Virus record (IMG/VR): IMGVR_UViG_3300020171_000041
Location: 1-49,327 of that record
Direction: 5' to 3' (one strand)
Length of the DNA stretch: 49,327 nucleotides
Source of the DNA: a virus
Lineage: Duplodnaviria; Caudoviricetes
Shown here: piece after piece, positions 18,450 through 28,379 of the stretch
Layout: each line of letters begins with the position of its first letter
How positions within the stretch are numbered: position 1 is the stretch's first letter
The notes under the pieces: generated by a model
Databases searched by the model: none
Seen by the model: only the letters and a program-made list of their open reading frames with translations
Told to the model about the DNA's origin: nothing
Position numbers and translations under genes: made by a program

Positions 18450-19694
18450 ATGTCCCGACAACTTGATGATTGGCTCGAAAGATATCTCCAGCTCACTCAA
18501 TCTCTTGAATCCCCAATGCAATATAATCTTTGGTGTGGAATTAGTTGTATAGCCTCTTGTCTACAACGAAAGTGTTATTGTGATTGGGGACCTCTTGTTG
18601 GTTGTGCTTATCCTAATTTATACATAGCTCTTGTTGGTCCTCCTGGAGGAAGGAAAGGAACAGCTATGCGTCCAGCTAAAAAGTTTCTACAAGACTTGGA
18701 AGTTAGGCTTTGTTCAGATTCTCTTGGATCGTCACAGGCTTTATACCAAGAATTAAGTATGGCAGTTTCATCCTATCCAGACTTTTATGGAAAGGAAAAA
18801 GAACATAGAAGTTTGTCCGTATGGGCAGATGAATTCGCAGTATTTCTTTCTGACAAAGATCCGAAGCTAATAAACTCCCTGACTGACCTATTCGATTCTC
18901 CGCCTCAATGGAAGTATTTTTCCCTTTCGAGAAAAGAGATCGCTCTGAATAATTGTTGGTTGAATATCGTAGGAGCTATCACCCCATCGTTACTCCAAGA
19001 CAGATTGTCTCGTGAATCAGTCGGCGGTGGCCTTGTCTCCCGGATAATATTCGTAGTTGGTTATGGACCAGAGAAGTTGGTAGCACTACCATTCTTATCT
19101 AAAGAAGAGATTGAATTGCATAAAATGCTTTTTGAAGACCTTCAGCAAATCTCTCTCCTATCCGGTCCATTCATCCTAACAAAACCGTTTCTTAAAGATT
19201 GGGCACAATGGTATGAGAATGAGTCCCAGAATTCTTCTATCGAATCTGATAAGTTTCTTGGCTACAACTCCCGGAGAGCCACTCATGTTAAGAAACTTGT
19301 AATGGTAATTTCCGCCAGTGAGAGTGATAAGATGGAGATTCGTTCTCATCACCTTCATAAGGCTGTGGCATTAATGGAACATAATGAAAAGGAAATGACA
19401 AATGCCTTCCAGGGAATAGGCAGAGGGAAGCATTCGGAAGTATATACTTCAATCTTATCCTATCTTGAGAATAAGAAATCATTTTCTTTCAATGAACTTG
19501 CAGCTGTGTTTCAACTTGATGTTCTTCCTCATGAACTGGAAACTTATCTCGAGAGTATGGTTACGAATGGGAAGATCAAGAGGATACAAAGTACAGTAAA
19601 TAAGAACGAGATTCGATTTGATGTATTGCATAAGATTAAAGAAAAGAAAGTTCCAGAACTATTAACCAAGAGTATTTTTAAACATATTTATTAA
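18450..19694 (+). CDS. DUF3987/YfjI-like P-loop NTPase, putative replicative helicase
   Basis: PNLYIALVGPPGGRKGTA, WADEF, GLVSR. Confidence 0.8.
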   Translation: MSRQLDDWLERYLQLTQSLESPMQYNLWCGISCIASCLQRKCYCDWGPLVGCAYPNLYIALVGPPGGRKGTAMRPAKKFLQDLEVRLCSDSLGSSQALYQELSMAVSSYPDFYGKEKEHRSLSVWADEFAVFLSDKDPKLINSLTDLFDSPPQWKYFSLSRKEIALNNCWLNIVGAITPSLLQDRLSRESVGGGLVSRIIFVVGYGPEKLVALPFLSKEEIELHKMLFEDLQQISLLSGPFILTKPFLKDWAQWYENESQNSSIESDKFLGYNSRRATHVKKLVMVISASESDKMEIRSHHLHKAVALMEHNEKEMTNAFQGIGRGKHSEVYTSILSYLENKKSFSFNELAAVFQLDVLPHELETYLESMVTNGKIKRIQSTVNKNEIRFDVLHKIKEKKVPELLTKSIFKHIY

Positions 19695-19707
19695 AAGGAG
19701 AGAAAGC

Positions 19708-20322
19708 ATGAACATGAATCGTAATGACCTACACTTATTTTTTGATACAGAAACATCAGGTTTCATCAACAAAGCAAAATCATTTGATGATCCGACACAA
19801 AACTGGTGCTGTCAACTTGGGGCAATTCTCAGTACCAAAGATGAGATTCTTGGAGAGCTGAATGTAATTATCAAAGCAAATGGACGCTCCATGCCCCAAT
19901 TTCTTGTAGACACCTGTCACGGAATCTCAGCTGAAAGGGCTGATCGAGAAGGCGTTGAAGAATATCAAGCCTTGGAAGAATTCGCTTTGCTTCTTGTCGA
20001 CATGCCTATGAAAGTATGTCATAATTATAACTTCGATTCTGAGTTTCTTGACCACTTGTTTAAGAGAAACTTAGATAACTTGACCGACATCGCTCGGAGT
20101 AAATACTTCCTTGAGTATCCTCACTTCTGCACAATGAACAACAAAGAGATTACAACCTTTTGTAATTTGAAAAATAAGAAAGGTGCTCCGAAGAAACCTA
20201 AGCTTGAAGAACTCTATGAGATATTGTTCCACGAACCTATGCTTCATGTCCATGATGCTATGGCAGATACTCGAGCGACTCGAAGATGTTTTTATGAGCT
20301 TCAAAGATTAGGGGTTATATAA
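19708..20322 (+). CDS. DEDDh (DnaQ-like) 3'-5' exonuclease
   Basis: FFDTETSG, HNYNFD, HDAMAD. Confidence 0.9.
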   Translation: MNMNRNDLHLFFDTETSGFINKAKSFDDPTQNWCCQLGAILSTKDEILGELNVIIKANGRSMPQFLVDTCHGISAERADREGVEEYQALEEFALLLVDMPMKVCHNYNFDSEFLDHLFKRNLDNLTDIARSKYFLEYPHFCTMNNKEITTFCNLKNKKGAPKKPKLEELYEILFHEPMLHVHDAMADTRATRRCFYELQRLGVI

Positions 20323-20567
20323 TGATGGAGGAATTAAACTTTAAAGAACTTGACTTAATGATTAATCTTAACAATAAGAAGGACTTACTAAGCATAAGTA
20401 AATCATATGGATCTGATTATGTGTCTGAATGTGTTTATGACTTATATTATCATGAACATTACTCCACAATAAAGATTGCAAGAATTCTTGAAGTAATCCC
20501 TCTAACAATTTTAAACTGGATGAAAAGATGGGGAATGGATAGAAGGGGAAGGAAGTCTAAAAAATGA
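20322..20567 (+). CDS. HTH DNA-binding protein
   Basis: STIKIARILEVIPLTILNWMKRWG. Confidence 0.75.
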   Translation: MMEELNFKELDLMINLNNKKDLLSISKSYGSDYVSECVYDLYYHEHYSTIKIARILEVIPLTILNWMKRWGMDRRGRKSKK

Positions 20568-20926
20568 AACCAGTTTTCGTACACGACGTGATCAGAGAAC
20601 ATTTACTATCCCAAAAAGGAATCATAGAATCTAAACCCAAACCATCTCTTGAAGAACTTAAACTTACTGAGTGGAATACTGAGTTCGAACAACTCATGAG
20701 AAATAGATTAATAATGGGAGCATTAAGATATGGATTATTAAAGGAAAAAGTATCTTATGATTCCATAACATCTATGAGACAACGACTAGATTTACTTGAA
20801 CAAGATGGAAATGGAGAACATCTTGTAGATATAGCTAATATCGCATTGGTTATGTTTACTCGAAAAGATCATCCGAAGTTTCATTTTCATGCTCAAGATG
20901 ATAAGATTCATACAGACAAAAGATAA
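20564..20926 (+). CDS. MazG-like all-alpha NTP pyrophosphatase-like protein
   Basis: G..RYG...EHLVDIAN. Confidence 0.6.
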   Translation: MKPVFVHDVIREHLLSQKGIIESKPKPSLEELKLTEWNTEFEQLMRNRLIMGALRYGLLKEKVSYDSITSMRQRLDLLEQDGNGEHLVDIANIALVMFTRKDHPKFHFHAQDDKIHTDKR

Positions 20927-20969
20927 ATAATGCGTGTTCACTTTATGAACAGCCATTAGACGAAAAGAA

Positions 20970-21006
20970 AAATGGGAAGTAGGCGGCCAATACCTACTTC
21001 CCATTT
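20970..21006. terminator. Probable bidirectional terminator between convergent arms
   Basis: AAATGGGAAGTAGG / CCTACTTCCCATTT, 14-bp stem. Confidence 0.85.
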
Positions 21007-21074
21007 CCTCATATGATCAGCCAGGAGAGTAACTAATCACACAATCCATCGGACACCACTCCGATATCCCACCA

Positions 21075-21437
21075 TCACCACCTCGGACCATATCTATTAA
21101 CCGCATCATACAATAACTTCACTTCATCCTTACTCATCCCTTCTGCAATCAACATCTCTTTCCAACAATCATGTACTGCTTGTGCAGGTCTTAAATGACT
21201 CTTACAATATTCGTCATGAATAACTGAAGGTCTTCTATGATATCCTACATAAGGACTACCTACAAGTCCCCAAAGCCACCTTGGAATATCCGCTCCATTA
21301 ATTATTGAATACGCATGAGCTGTCCAAATAACTCCTTTTGAATCTGTAAATCTTACTGGTTCCAACAACCTCATGCTTCTCGAATCATCTTCCAACCATT
21401 CAGTTTTAACTGTATTATCAAATTGTTCTCGGCCCAT
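21075..21437 (-). CDS. DUF1353-like protein
   Basis: GADIPRWLW..PSVIHD..AV..YG. Confidence 0.8.
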   Translation of the reverse strand: MGREQFDNTVKTEWLEDDSRSMRLLEPVRFTDSKGVIWTAHAYSIINGADIPRWLWGLVGSPYVGYHRRPSVIHDEYCKSHLRPAQAVHDCWKEMLIAEGMSKDEVKLLYDAVNRYGPRW

Positions 21438-21450
21438 TCAAGTCATTCCT

Positions 21451-21627
21451 TTATATGGTCTTAGAAGATCGTTTTAAATATCCAATTAATCCTCCGAGTC
21501 CAGCGGAGACAAGATTAGAAGCATCAGCCTTTAATACCACCATGCTAATAATTAAAACTACTGCAATAGCCATTATGGTTAATTCTTCTGAGAAATCTTC
21601 TTCCCATATTTTCTTATCTTCTGGCAT
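21451..21627 (-). CDS. Small two-TM protein, holin candidate (58 aa, not in ORF track)
   Basis: MPEDKKIWEEDFSEELTIMAIAVVLIISMVVLKADASNLVSAGLGGLIGYLKRSSKTI; AAGGAG RBS. Confidence 0.7.
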   Translation of the reverse strand: MPEDKKIWEEDFSEELTIMAIAVVLIISMVVLKADASNLVSAGLGGLIGYLKRSSKTI

Positions 21628-21638
21628 CTTGTTTCTCC

Positions 21639-24600
21639 TTATTTTAAATTAGATTTTAATCTTGACTTCCTACTTTTATCTAATCCAGAACTCAACCCAC
21701 CTTTCTTCTTTGACTCTTCATAAATCCTTCCAATAAGACTTCTCGGAATAGATTCTCCACGTCTTTGTCCTCTTGCGAACTTTGCAGCCTGGGCTGTGCC
21801 AGGAACTCCCATAGTCTTTCCAAGAATCTCTGCCAACGCAGTCATTGCTTTTTCATCTCCCATTGACGCCTTCGTAATCATATCTTCATTAAAAGTAGTC
21901 GTACCGCTTAATGCCTTTGCAATATCATCTGCATGTTTTACCAACGGACCTAAAGGATTAGACCCAAACTTTACGCTACCACCACCTGGGAAGGCTTCAG
22001 AAATTTCCTTGAGCGTCCCAAGCATTATCGCACTCGTTTGATCTCCTGCTTCAAGTCCTCTGATGATTCCTTGCACAGGAGCTGGCATAGGTGATTGAAT
22101 CCCAAGACCCTGCTCGAACAAAGAGTTAATAACTAATGCTCCAGCAACATACCTCAAGGTTCTTTTTGCAGCTTCCATTGGCCTTAACTCCGGATTCTTA
22201 ATCCCCAGAACATCCTTAGCTACAAAGTTCATATGATTAATTGTGAATGTCTGCCATTGAGTTGCCATCTTACCAATTACATTTCTTTGCACAGGAGATA
22301 ATTCCACCGCATCCCCTGAGCCCTGAGTCCTAATAACTTCTGCGTCAGCCAATCGTATTGCTTCTTTCTTACTAAGTTCTCCTTTCTTGACTAATGGTTC
22401 AAGAGAATTCCACACAGTCCTAAATGTAGCTTCTCTTGCAAAGTAATCAACACTCTTCATCAACCATGCAGATTTCTCTTTAATATTCCCTGTAACTTTT
22501 TGATACTTTGTTCCTGCAAAAGTGCTTCCCATATCCGCAACAGCCACATCCCATGCAGCGGTATTAAGAACTGAAGATTCCTTAACCGGAGCATTTCTCC
22601 TACCAATAACCGCTTCACCAATTCCTTTTGCTGTAGGACCATAACCAAACTTCACAGCTGTGGGGAATAAAGCTGTTGATTGGATTAAAGAAGTTCTAAG
22701 GTTTCCAAACAGTTGAGCCACAGTTAAATTATTCATTCCTTTATTAAGAAGTTTACTAAATACTCTTGGAACTTCCATGTTATCCAATCCGGCAATCTTG
22801 TTATTCCAGCTTGCAAGCTCAGCGGCAACATTAGGCCTCTGCTCAGCAAACACCGCAGTCTTACCAGTTTTAAAATCAGTAAGTTCCGCAGTTAATAGTT
22901 CTTTAACAAATGCGTTAATCGGACTCATATGAATATGCCGCAAGGAATCGTTTAGATATCTCGAGTATATAACTAAAGGATCTAATTCCAGCTTAACACC
23001 TTCCCGTAAACCTGTTCGCTTGATATGTGCAAATGCAGGGGAGTCTTTTATATTAGTCGCTTGTCTTTGTTTAATAGTTGCCAGATCGTCAAGAACAAGA
23101 TTACTATATCCTCCTCTTGCTTCTTCTCCTTTGATAAGATTCTTGAAGTCTGTCAGCAAAGATTCTTTGCCAAAGAAGGATAAGTAATCTCCAGTTTCTT
23201 TAATAGGACGCTTACCCAGCTTTACTCTCTGTGCATTAATGCGTTTAAAAAGATCCTGGAACTTCGGTTCAAGTTTAGTCTTAAGCTCTTTATACTTCGG
23301 ATCGGCTTTGACTTCAACCTTCATCTGTTTCATCGCATCCTTACCAAGAATAGAGAAGCTATGCCAATACGCTCCAACTTCCTCTCTGAGTTTCTTATTA
23401 GAATATTCTTTAGCAAGTTCTTCTACGTGCTTGGAGGATATTTCAAGCTCATTCTTAATGGTTGACTGAACCTCTCTTGCTTGATCAAGAAGGTTACGAA
23501 GTTTCGGATATCTATCAAACATAAATTCCGCTGGTTTAAACCAAGACCCTACACCTTTTCGTCCAGGAAGAGATTCGAATATCGCATTAGCATCGGATTC
23601 TCCAATAAGTATCTTCTTATTCCCTTTACCTTTTGTGATGTTTACTTGTCGTTCGCCAGGTTTGAGTTCAAAAGGAGTCATATCACCCTTCGATCTTTTC
23701 ACTGGCTCAAGAGCAGAGGCAATTGGATTTTCTTCTTTAACAAATTTATGAAGCTTCTCCATCGCATGAACTTCTTTTGGAGTTAGTCCAGTCTCAGAGA
23801 GAAATTCTTTAAACGTCTTCCCTTGTTTCTCAGCCATCATACCGAACTTCCGTAACTGGTTTCTTTGTGATTCAGATACTTTCATCTCAACTTCTTTTCT
23901 TCGAATCGGTATTCTTATTGAACCTCTTTCATTTCTTAATGGATTTAATAACGTATCAATAATTGTAGGTTTTTCAATAATATGAATATTCTTTGCGTCA
24001 AAAACATTAATTTCATTTGCATGAGAAATAACCTTACCTTCTATTACAGAATCATATCCAGCTTCTTTAAAAGCTTTAGTTGCCTTTATCCCATCTTCTT
24101 TATTTAAGATACTCTTTTTACCTATTGAACTCATAAGTAAATCATTATACTCTTTACTATATTTAGTCAATGGATTTTTAATATCAAAAACAGCTTCAAT
24201 AACTCTTCCTGTACCATCTCCAATTTGTGAATATAATTCTGCAGACTCTTTCTTAGTAGAAAAATAATGTCCAGCACCTGCCCAACCATGTTCTAACTTT
24301 TGAATCATCTTATTATTAAATTTTTTAAACCTTGCTGCTTGTGTTCCGTGATAACCAATAACAGGAGTGTTAGTTTCATCTTTAAATATTTTTTCTGGCC
24401 GAATGGTAATAGAACCAGATTCATTTTTTATTGGGTCAGTTAATATCTGCCAAACGCTCTTCTCTCCAGGGACTTTTTCGATCAGTTTAACTTTACTGTC
24501 TAATGAACTCATTTTATTTTTAACAGCATCAACTGTAAGTTCTTCTACTGCAAATGTTCTACCCTTCATTGGACCTTCTTGAGGAGTAAATTGATATAAT

Positions 24601-25730
24601 GGATCTTTCTTTAAAGCAGTTCTATCGAACTCTCCATCATATTTAACGCCAACTTCGTTAGCAATTTCTTCAGGAGTTTTAATATTTTTTGTAAGACCAC
24701 TAACTGGCTCTGCTCCAAGATCAGGCTTTCTCACATCACCTTCAAAGCCCTTCCCTGACTGACTGAGTTCCGATTTACTCCCTTTCAAACTTACAACTTC
24801 TTTTCCTGTAATCGGATCAATGATCTTAGGAGCTTCTGGCTTGGCAATATCTATTGCACTAAATCCCTCTGCACCATCCATTAATTGTTGATTTTTCTCC
24901 AGTCTCTCATTAATCAAAGCTTTCATTTCATTCATTTGAGTTGACTCAAGATCAGCTTCCATCTTCTTCATCAATGCATCTTGTTCTTCAAGGATCTTTA
25001 AATCCGCTGCAGCTTTCTCTTTTCCTTTTAATTTAAGAGATTCTTCTCTCATCTTCTTAATCTTACTTAACCCCGATTTAACCTTAGGAATCGTAGCAAA
25101 CAATCCGAACTCCACTCCAGTAGCCACAGCATTATGTAAGTTTGGATGCTTCTCTGGATTAATTCCTTGAGCAGTCCAATGTGCAACCTTTTGAATTGGT
25201 TCAATAACTTTCCCAACAGCTTCAAGGGATTGCTGGCCAGACTGAGATTTCGGTGTAGCCAACCCTCCCATAGTCTGAATATAATTCGCAACATTCTCAC
25301 CCATTGCTGCTTGTTGTTCAGGAGTCATACTCGGAACCAGCCCAAGACTCTGTTGGATCTTCTGTCCCGCCACAGCTCCATGACGAACGATCTGAGCAAC
25401 TGGCCAAGACAATGCTCCCCACGTAACATCACGAGCAAGTTCTACTGTTCCTTGAGCAACATCGAGAGCACCATAAAGATAATTATATTCTGGCGTATCT
25501 TTCTCCGGAATGCCTTTAGCAAGAGGATTCATCTCAGTAACAGGCTCATTACCACTTGAGACCTCTCCACTCATAGGATCTATTATCATAACAGATGGAT
25601 CAATATCTTGTTGAGTAGTATCATCCACTAATGACTGTTCAGTTGGTGAACGGGGATTAGTCAAGTCTTGTTCAGTATTTGCTCCTCCAACCTCTTGTTC
25701 AATCTTACCTGTTAATGGGTTGATAATCAT
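21639..25730 (-). CDS. Large internal virion/ejection protein with ADP-ribosyltransferase-like module
   Basis: 1363 aa, last of three ejection-type genes; YHGT..F..F..GAGHYFS..KNP..GYDSV..EINVF. Confidence 0.8.
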   Translation of the reverse strand: MIINPLTGKIEQEVGGANTEQDLTNPRSPTEQSLVDDTTQQDIDPSVMIIDPMSGEVSSGNEPVTEMNPLAKGIPEKDTPEYNYLYGALDVAQGTVELARDVTWGALSWPVAQIVRHGAVAGQKIQQSLGLVPSMTPEQQAAMGENVANYIQTMGGLATPKSQSGQQSLEAVGKVIEPIQKVAHWTAQGINPEKHPNLHNAVATGVEFGLFATIPKVKSGLSKIKKMREESLKLKGKEKAAADLKILEEQDALMKKMEADLESTQMNEMKALINERLEKNQQLMDGAEGFSAIDIAKPEAPKIIDPITGKEVVSLKGSKSELSQSGKGFEGDVRKPDLGAEPVSGLTKNIKTPEEIANEVGVKYDGEFDRTALKKDPLYQFTPQEGPMKGRTFAVEELTVDAVKNKMSSLDSKVKLIEKVPGEKSVWQILTDPIKNESGSITIRPEKIFKDETNTPVIGYHGTQAARFKKFNNKMIQKLEHGWAGAGHYFSTKKESAELYSQIGDGTGRVIEAVFDIKNPLTKYSKEYNDLLMSSIGKKSILNKEDGIKATKAFKEAGYDSVIEGKVISHANEINVFDAKNIHIIEKPTIIDTLLNPLRNERGSIRIPIRRKEVEMKVSESQRNQLRKFGMMAEKQGKTFKEFLSETGLTPKEVHAMEKLHKFVKEENPIASALEPVKRSKGDMTPFELKPGERQVNITKGKGNKKILIGESDANAIFESLPGRKGVGSWFKPAEFMFDRYPKLRNLLDQAREVQSTIKNELEISSKHVEELAKEYSNKKLREEVGAYWHSFSILGKDAMKQMKVEVKADPKYKELKTKLEPKFQDLFKRINAQRVKLGKRPIKETGDYLSFFGKESLLTDFKNLIKGEEARGGYSNLVLDDLATIKQRQATNIKDSPAFAHIKRTGLREGVKLELDPLVIYSRYLNDSLRHIHMSPINAFVKELLTAELTDFKTGKTAVFAEQRPNVAAELASWNNKIAGLDNMEVPRVFSKLLNKGMNNLTVAQLFGNLRTSLIQSTALFPTAVKFGYGPTAKGIGEAVIGRRNAPVKESSVLNTAAWDVAVADMGSTFAGTKYQKVTGNIKEKSAWLMKSVDYFAREATFRTVWNSLEPLVKKGELSKKEAIRLADAEVIRTQGSGDAVELSPVQRNVIGKMATQWQTFTINHMNFVAKDVLGIKNPELRPMEAAKRTLRYVAGALVINSLFEQGLGIQSPMPAPVQGIIRGLEAGDQTSAIMLGTLKEISEAFPGGGSVKFGSNPLGPLVKHADDIAKALSGTTTFNEDMITKASMGDEKAMTALAEILGKTMGVPGTAQAAKFARGQRRGESIPRSLIGRIYEESKKKGGLSSGLDKSRKSRLKSNLK

Positions 25731-27030
25731 TATTCTCTCCCTTGGTTAGAATTCCAATTCCAGGTGAAGCGAGATAATCTTCAACAGACATTCCGTATTT
25801 CTTTGCACTTGCTCTAACAGAAGCCATATCCATTTGAATACCATTCTTAGTTATTAGTGGAACCTTAGAGCCAGTAAGACCTCCGGTGAATGGAACACCC
25901 TTAATTCCAGGATCAGTATGCTGAGTATAATAATAAGGCTTGTTTTGATTCTGATTTATAAAATCCATCATAGGAGCAACTTCTGGTGTGTCTAAATTAC
26001 TCAAGATAACTTCTTCATATTTAACCGCATCCTTCTGCTGTTCTACTGTATCCTTTTGTTTAGAAACCTCAGTTGCTGCAACAGCCATTTCAATTCTATT
26101 CTTCTCATTATCTAATCTTTCTCTTTCAGCAGGAGTTATTGTTTTTCCTTTTGCCCGCTCAGCAATTTTAGAATCAAGATTTTCCATCTCTTTCACAATC
26201 TTATTATATTCAATTGTCCCAGGCTCTGCTTTACCAAGTTGATTCTTCAGTTTCGCCATACCAACCTCGAATATTCTATCCTGTTGCCTATCAGCAACTT
26301 TCTGGTTTCTTTCAAGAATTTTCTGCTGAGCAGCCGCATCAAGTTTCTTTTCTTCTAATGTTAACTTCGCCTGATTCTCTTTTGTATTAACATCAAGAAC
26401 CTTATTCTTATATTTGTTATCAAGATAAGATTCCACAGCCCTTTGAGTCAATGCACCAGCGCTTTGCTTAACACCAAGAATCATTTGTACATCTGCAGGA
26501 TCAAGACCAGAGAAGTCAGCATTACCAGTACTCCCCTGGTCAGAAGTAAAATCCGGCAAACTGGAACCTCGATTAGCAGTATTTGTAGGCTTATTCGTTA
26601 TTGCCTCCAAGGGGTGTTGTTCACTCAATGGTCCAACAGGAGCAGGAGACTTCTTAGCCTTAATAGTTATATTCCCGTCTCCGTCATATGTAATCATATC
26701 CGCTCCAACATTATCACTTGTTGGAGACAGCAATGATCCATCCATTAAACCAGCTAACATCCTTTCCTGGAATGATTGATTCTTAGCTGCTTCCTTCGCA
26801 CCTTCTCTCTGAACCGCTGTGTTTCTGACAAAACTACTCGCACCTTCTCCAACAGCAGTTCCTATAGGAACTCCAGCACTGATCTTCGCACCAGTCTCAC
26901 CAAGACTTCTAATAAAGGTTTCATTAGAAAATAAGTTTTCAAAAGCACTCGGTTTCTTTGCTACAGATGGCCCACCAAAATCACCAGCATAATCAGGAGT
27001 ATTCCCTGACAAAAAATCAAATATTCCCAT
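25705..27030 (-). CDS. Putative internal virion (ejection) protein
   Basis: Gene position; Gly-rich N-terminus and coiled coil. Confidence 0.65.
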   Translation of the reverse strand: MGIFDFLSGNTPDYAGDFGGPSVAKKPSAFENLFSNETFIRSLGETGAKISAGVPIGTAVGEGASSFVRNTAVQREGAKEAAKNQSFQERMLAGLMDGSLLSPTSDNVGADMITYDGDGNITIKAKKSPAPVGPLSEQHPLEAITNKPTNTANRGSSLPDFTSDQGSTGNADFSGLDPADVQMILGVKQSAGALTQRAVESYLDNKYKNKVLDVNTKENQAKLTLEEKKLDAAAQQKILERNQKVADRQQDRIFEVGMAKLKNQLGKAEPGTIEYNKIVKEMENLDSKIAERAKGKTITPAERERLDNEKNRIEMAVAATEVSKQKDTVEQQKDAVKYEEVILSNLDTPEVAPMMDFINQNQNKPYYYTQHTDPGIKGVPFTGGLTGSKVPLITKNGIQMDMASVRASAKKYGMSVEDYLASPGIGILTKGENNDYQPINR

Positions 27031-27050
27031 TTTATATAGCTCCTTATATT

Positions 27051-27941
27051 TTATAAAAATCCTGCAAGACCGCCAACTAACGCACCAATACCTGCTCCCA
27101 GCGGACCACCAACTGCCCCAACTTGTCCACCAATCATTGCCCCAGCAGCAGCTCCACTTAAGGCACCTCCAAGGACAGAACTTGCTGTGCTTATACCTTT
27201 ACCTGTTTGAGTCGTACCACCAGAAGCAGAAGCAAGCATGTTTGCACAAGGCGTATATGCTTCAAGATTCCACATTGCGGATTTCTCATCAAATAAAAGA
27301 TTCTTTGCAACTTCTTCAACCTTTGCAACAATCTTTATCCTATTAGTTTCTATGGTATAATGAGTTACGAATTTAAAATACTCAAGTTGAGCAATAAACA
27401 TTTCTAACATCTTATCTGCAGCATGCGAAATAAGTTCGAGCTTTTTCTGCTCATTATCTCTTTTCAAATCTGCCTCGAATTTATTAACATCTCTGGTCAC
27501 ATCTGCAGTAACAAGTGCTGTTCCGATTGTATAAGAACTTGTCATAACCGCACGAACATTCTGTAACCCTCTCTGCAAGACAGGTAACACATCATTGGTT
27601 AATCTGGCCATTACAGCAGCGCTGTATGCTGAAACCTTTGCATTAATCAACGCATCTGAAAATACATCAGCTTCAAGTTTTGCTTGAGCTACTGCCCATA
27701 CATCAACCCAGTCTCCGTCCGGGTCAAACGCAGAAACAATATTAGAAAATGCTAACAAAGATGTTGCATTTGCTGCAAGGTCTGTATCTGGATCATAATC
27801 AGTCGCCGCAGAATAAGGATTCGCTGCTTGTGCCGCAGATAAGAATGTAGTAATACTCGTAAGCCAACTTGCATGAGCAGTTTCCATATAGGCAGGATAA
27901 CTTACTGCTCCTGAACTTGATCCACCACCTGAACTTCCCAT
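27051..27941 (-). CDS. Putative internal virion/pilot protein
   Basis: MGSSGGG start; glycine-zipper hydrophobic C-terminus. Confidence 0.7.
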   Translation of the reverse strand: MGSSGGGSSSGAVSYPAYMETAHASWLTSITTFLSAAQAANPYSAATDYDPDTDLAANATSLLAFSNIVSAFDPDGDWVDVWAVAQAKLEADVFSDALINAKVSAYSAAVMARLTNDVLPVLQRGLQNVRAVMTSSYTIGTALVTADVTRDVNKFEADLKRDNEQKKLELISHAADKMLEMFIAQLEYFKFVTHYTIETNRIKIVAKVEEVAKNLLFDEKSAMWNLEAYTPCANMLASASGGTTQTGKGISTASSVLGGALSGAAAGAMIGGQVGAVGGPLGAGIGALVGGLAGFL

Positions 27942-27953
27942 AAGAACCTCCTC

Positions 27954-28379
27954 TTATTGTTCTAAGCTTAATTGAATATAGGTTGCTTCATGTATTACAT
28001 TAAACATTCTGGCGTATTTTAGAAGCTCTGGATTATCAGAATAAAAATCTACTACTTTACAATCATGGGCTTTTGCATATTTAACCAGTGTTGGAAAACC
28101 TTCCATGAAGCTTCTCTCCTCAGTTCCTTCTGGAGCATACACGCATAAGCAAGTGAATACCTTTTTCCCAAGAGCGATATCATGACGAGTTTGAGTTATC
28201 AAAATCCCATCAAATTTATCATCAAGTTCTGATAACCAGCATTGGGCGGTTTCCATCAAAAGCTCTTTGATTAAATTCGTCTTAGTTTCTTCATCACAAT
28301 GAGGAATACTTTGATTAACTGTTTCTTTAATCGCGTCTATGTAATTTGGTATCTGTTCTGGTAATAATCTAATTAGCAT
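27954..28379 (-). CDS. GNAT-fold-like virion assembly protein
   Basis: Between nozzle and ejection genes; LVKYAKAHDCKVVDF. Confidence 0.55.
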   Translation of the reverse strand: MLIRLLPEQIPNYIDAIKETVNQSIPHCDEETKTNLIKELLMETAQCWLSELDDKFDGILITQTRHDIALGKKVFTCLCVYAPEGTEERSFMEGFPTLVKYAKAHDCKVVDFYSDNPELLKYARMFNVIHEATYIQLSLEQ

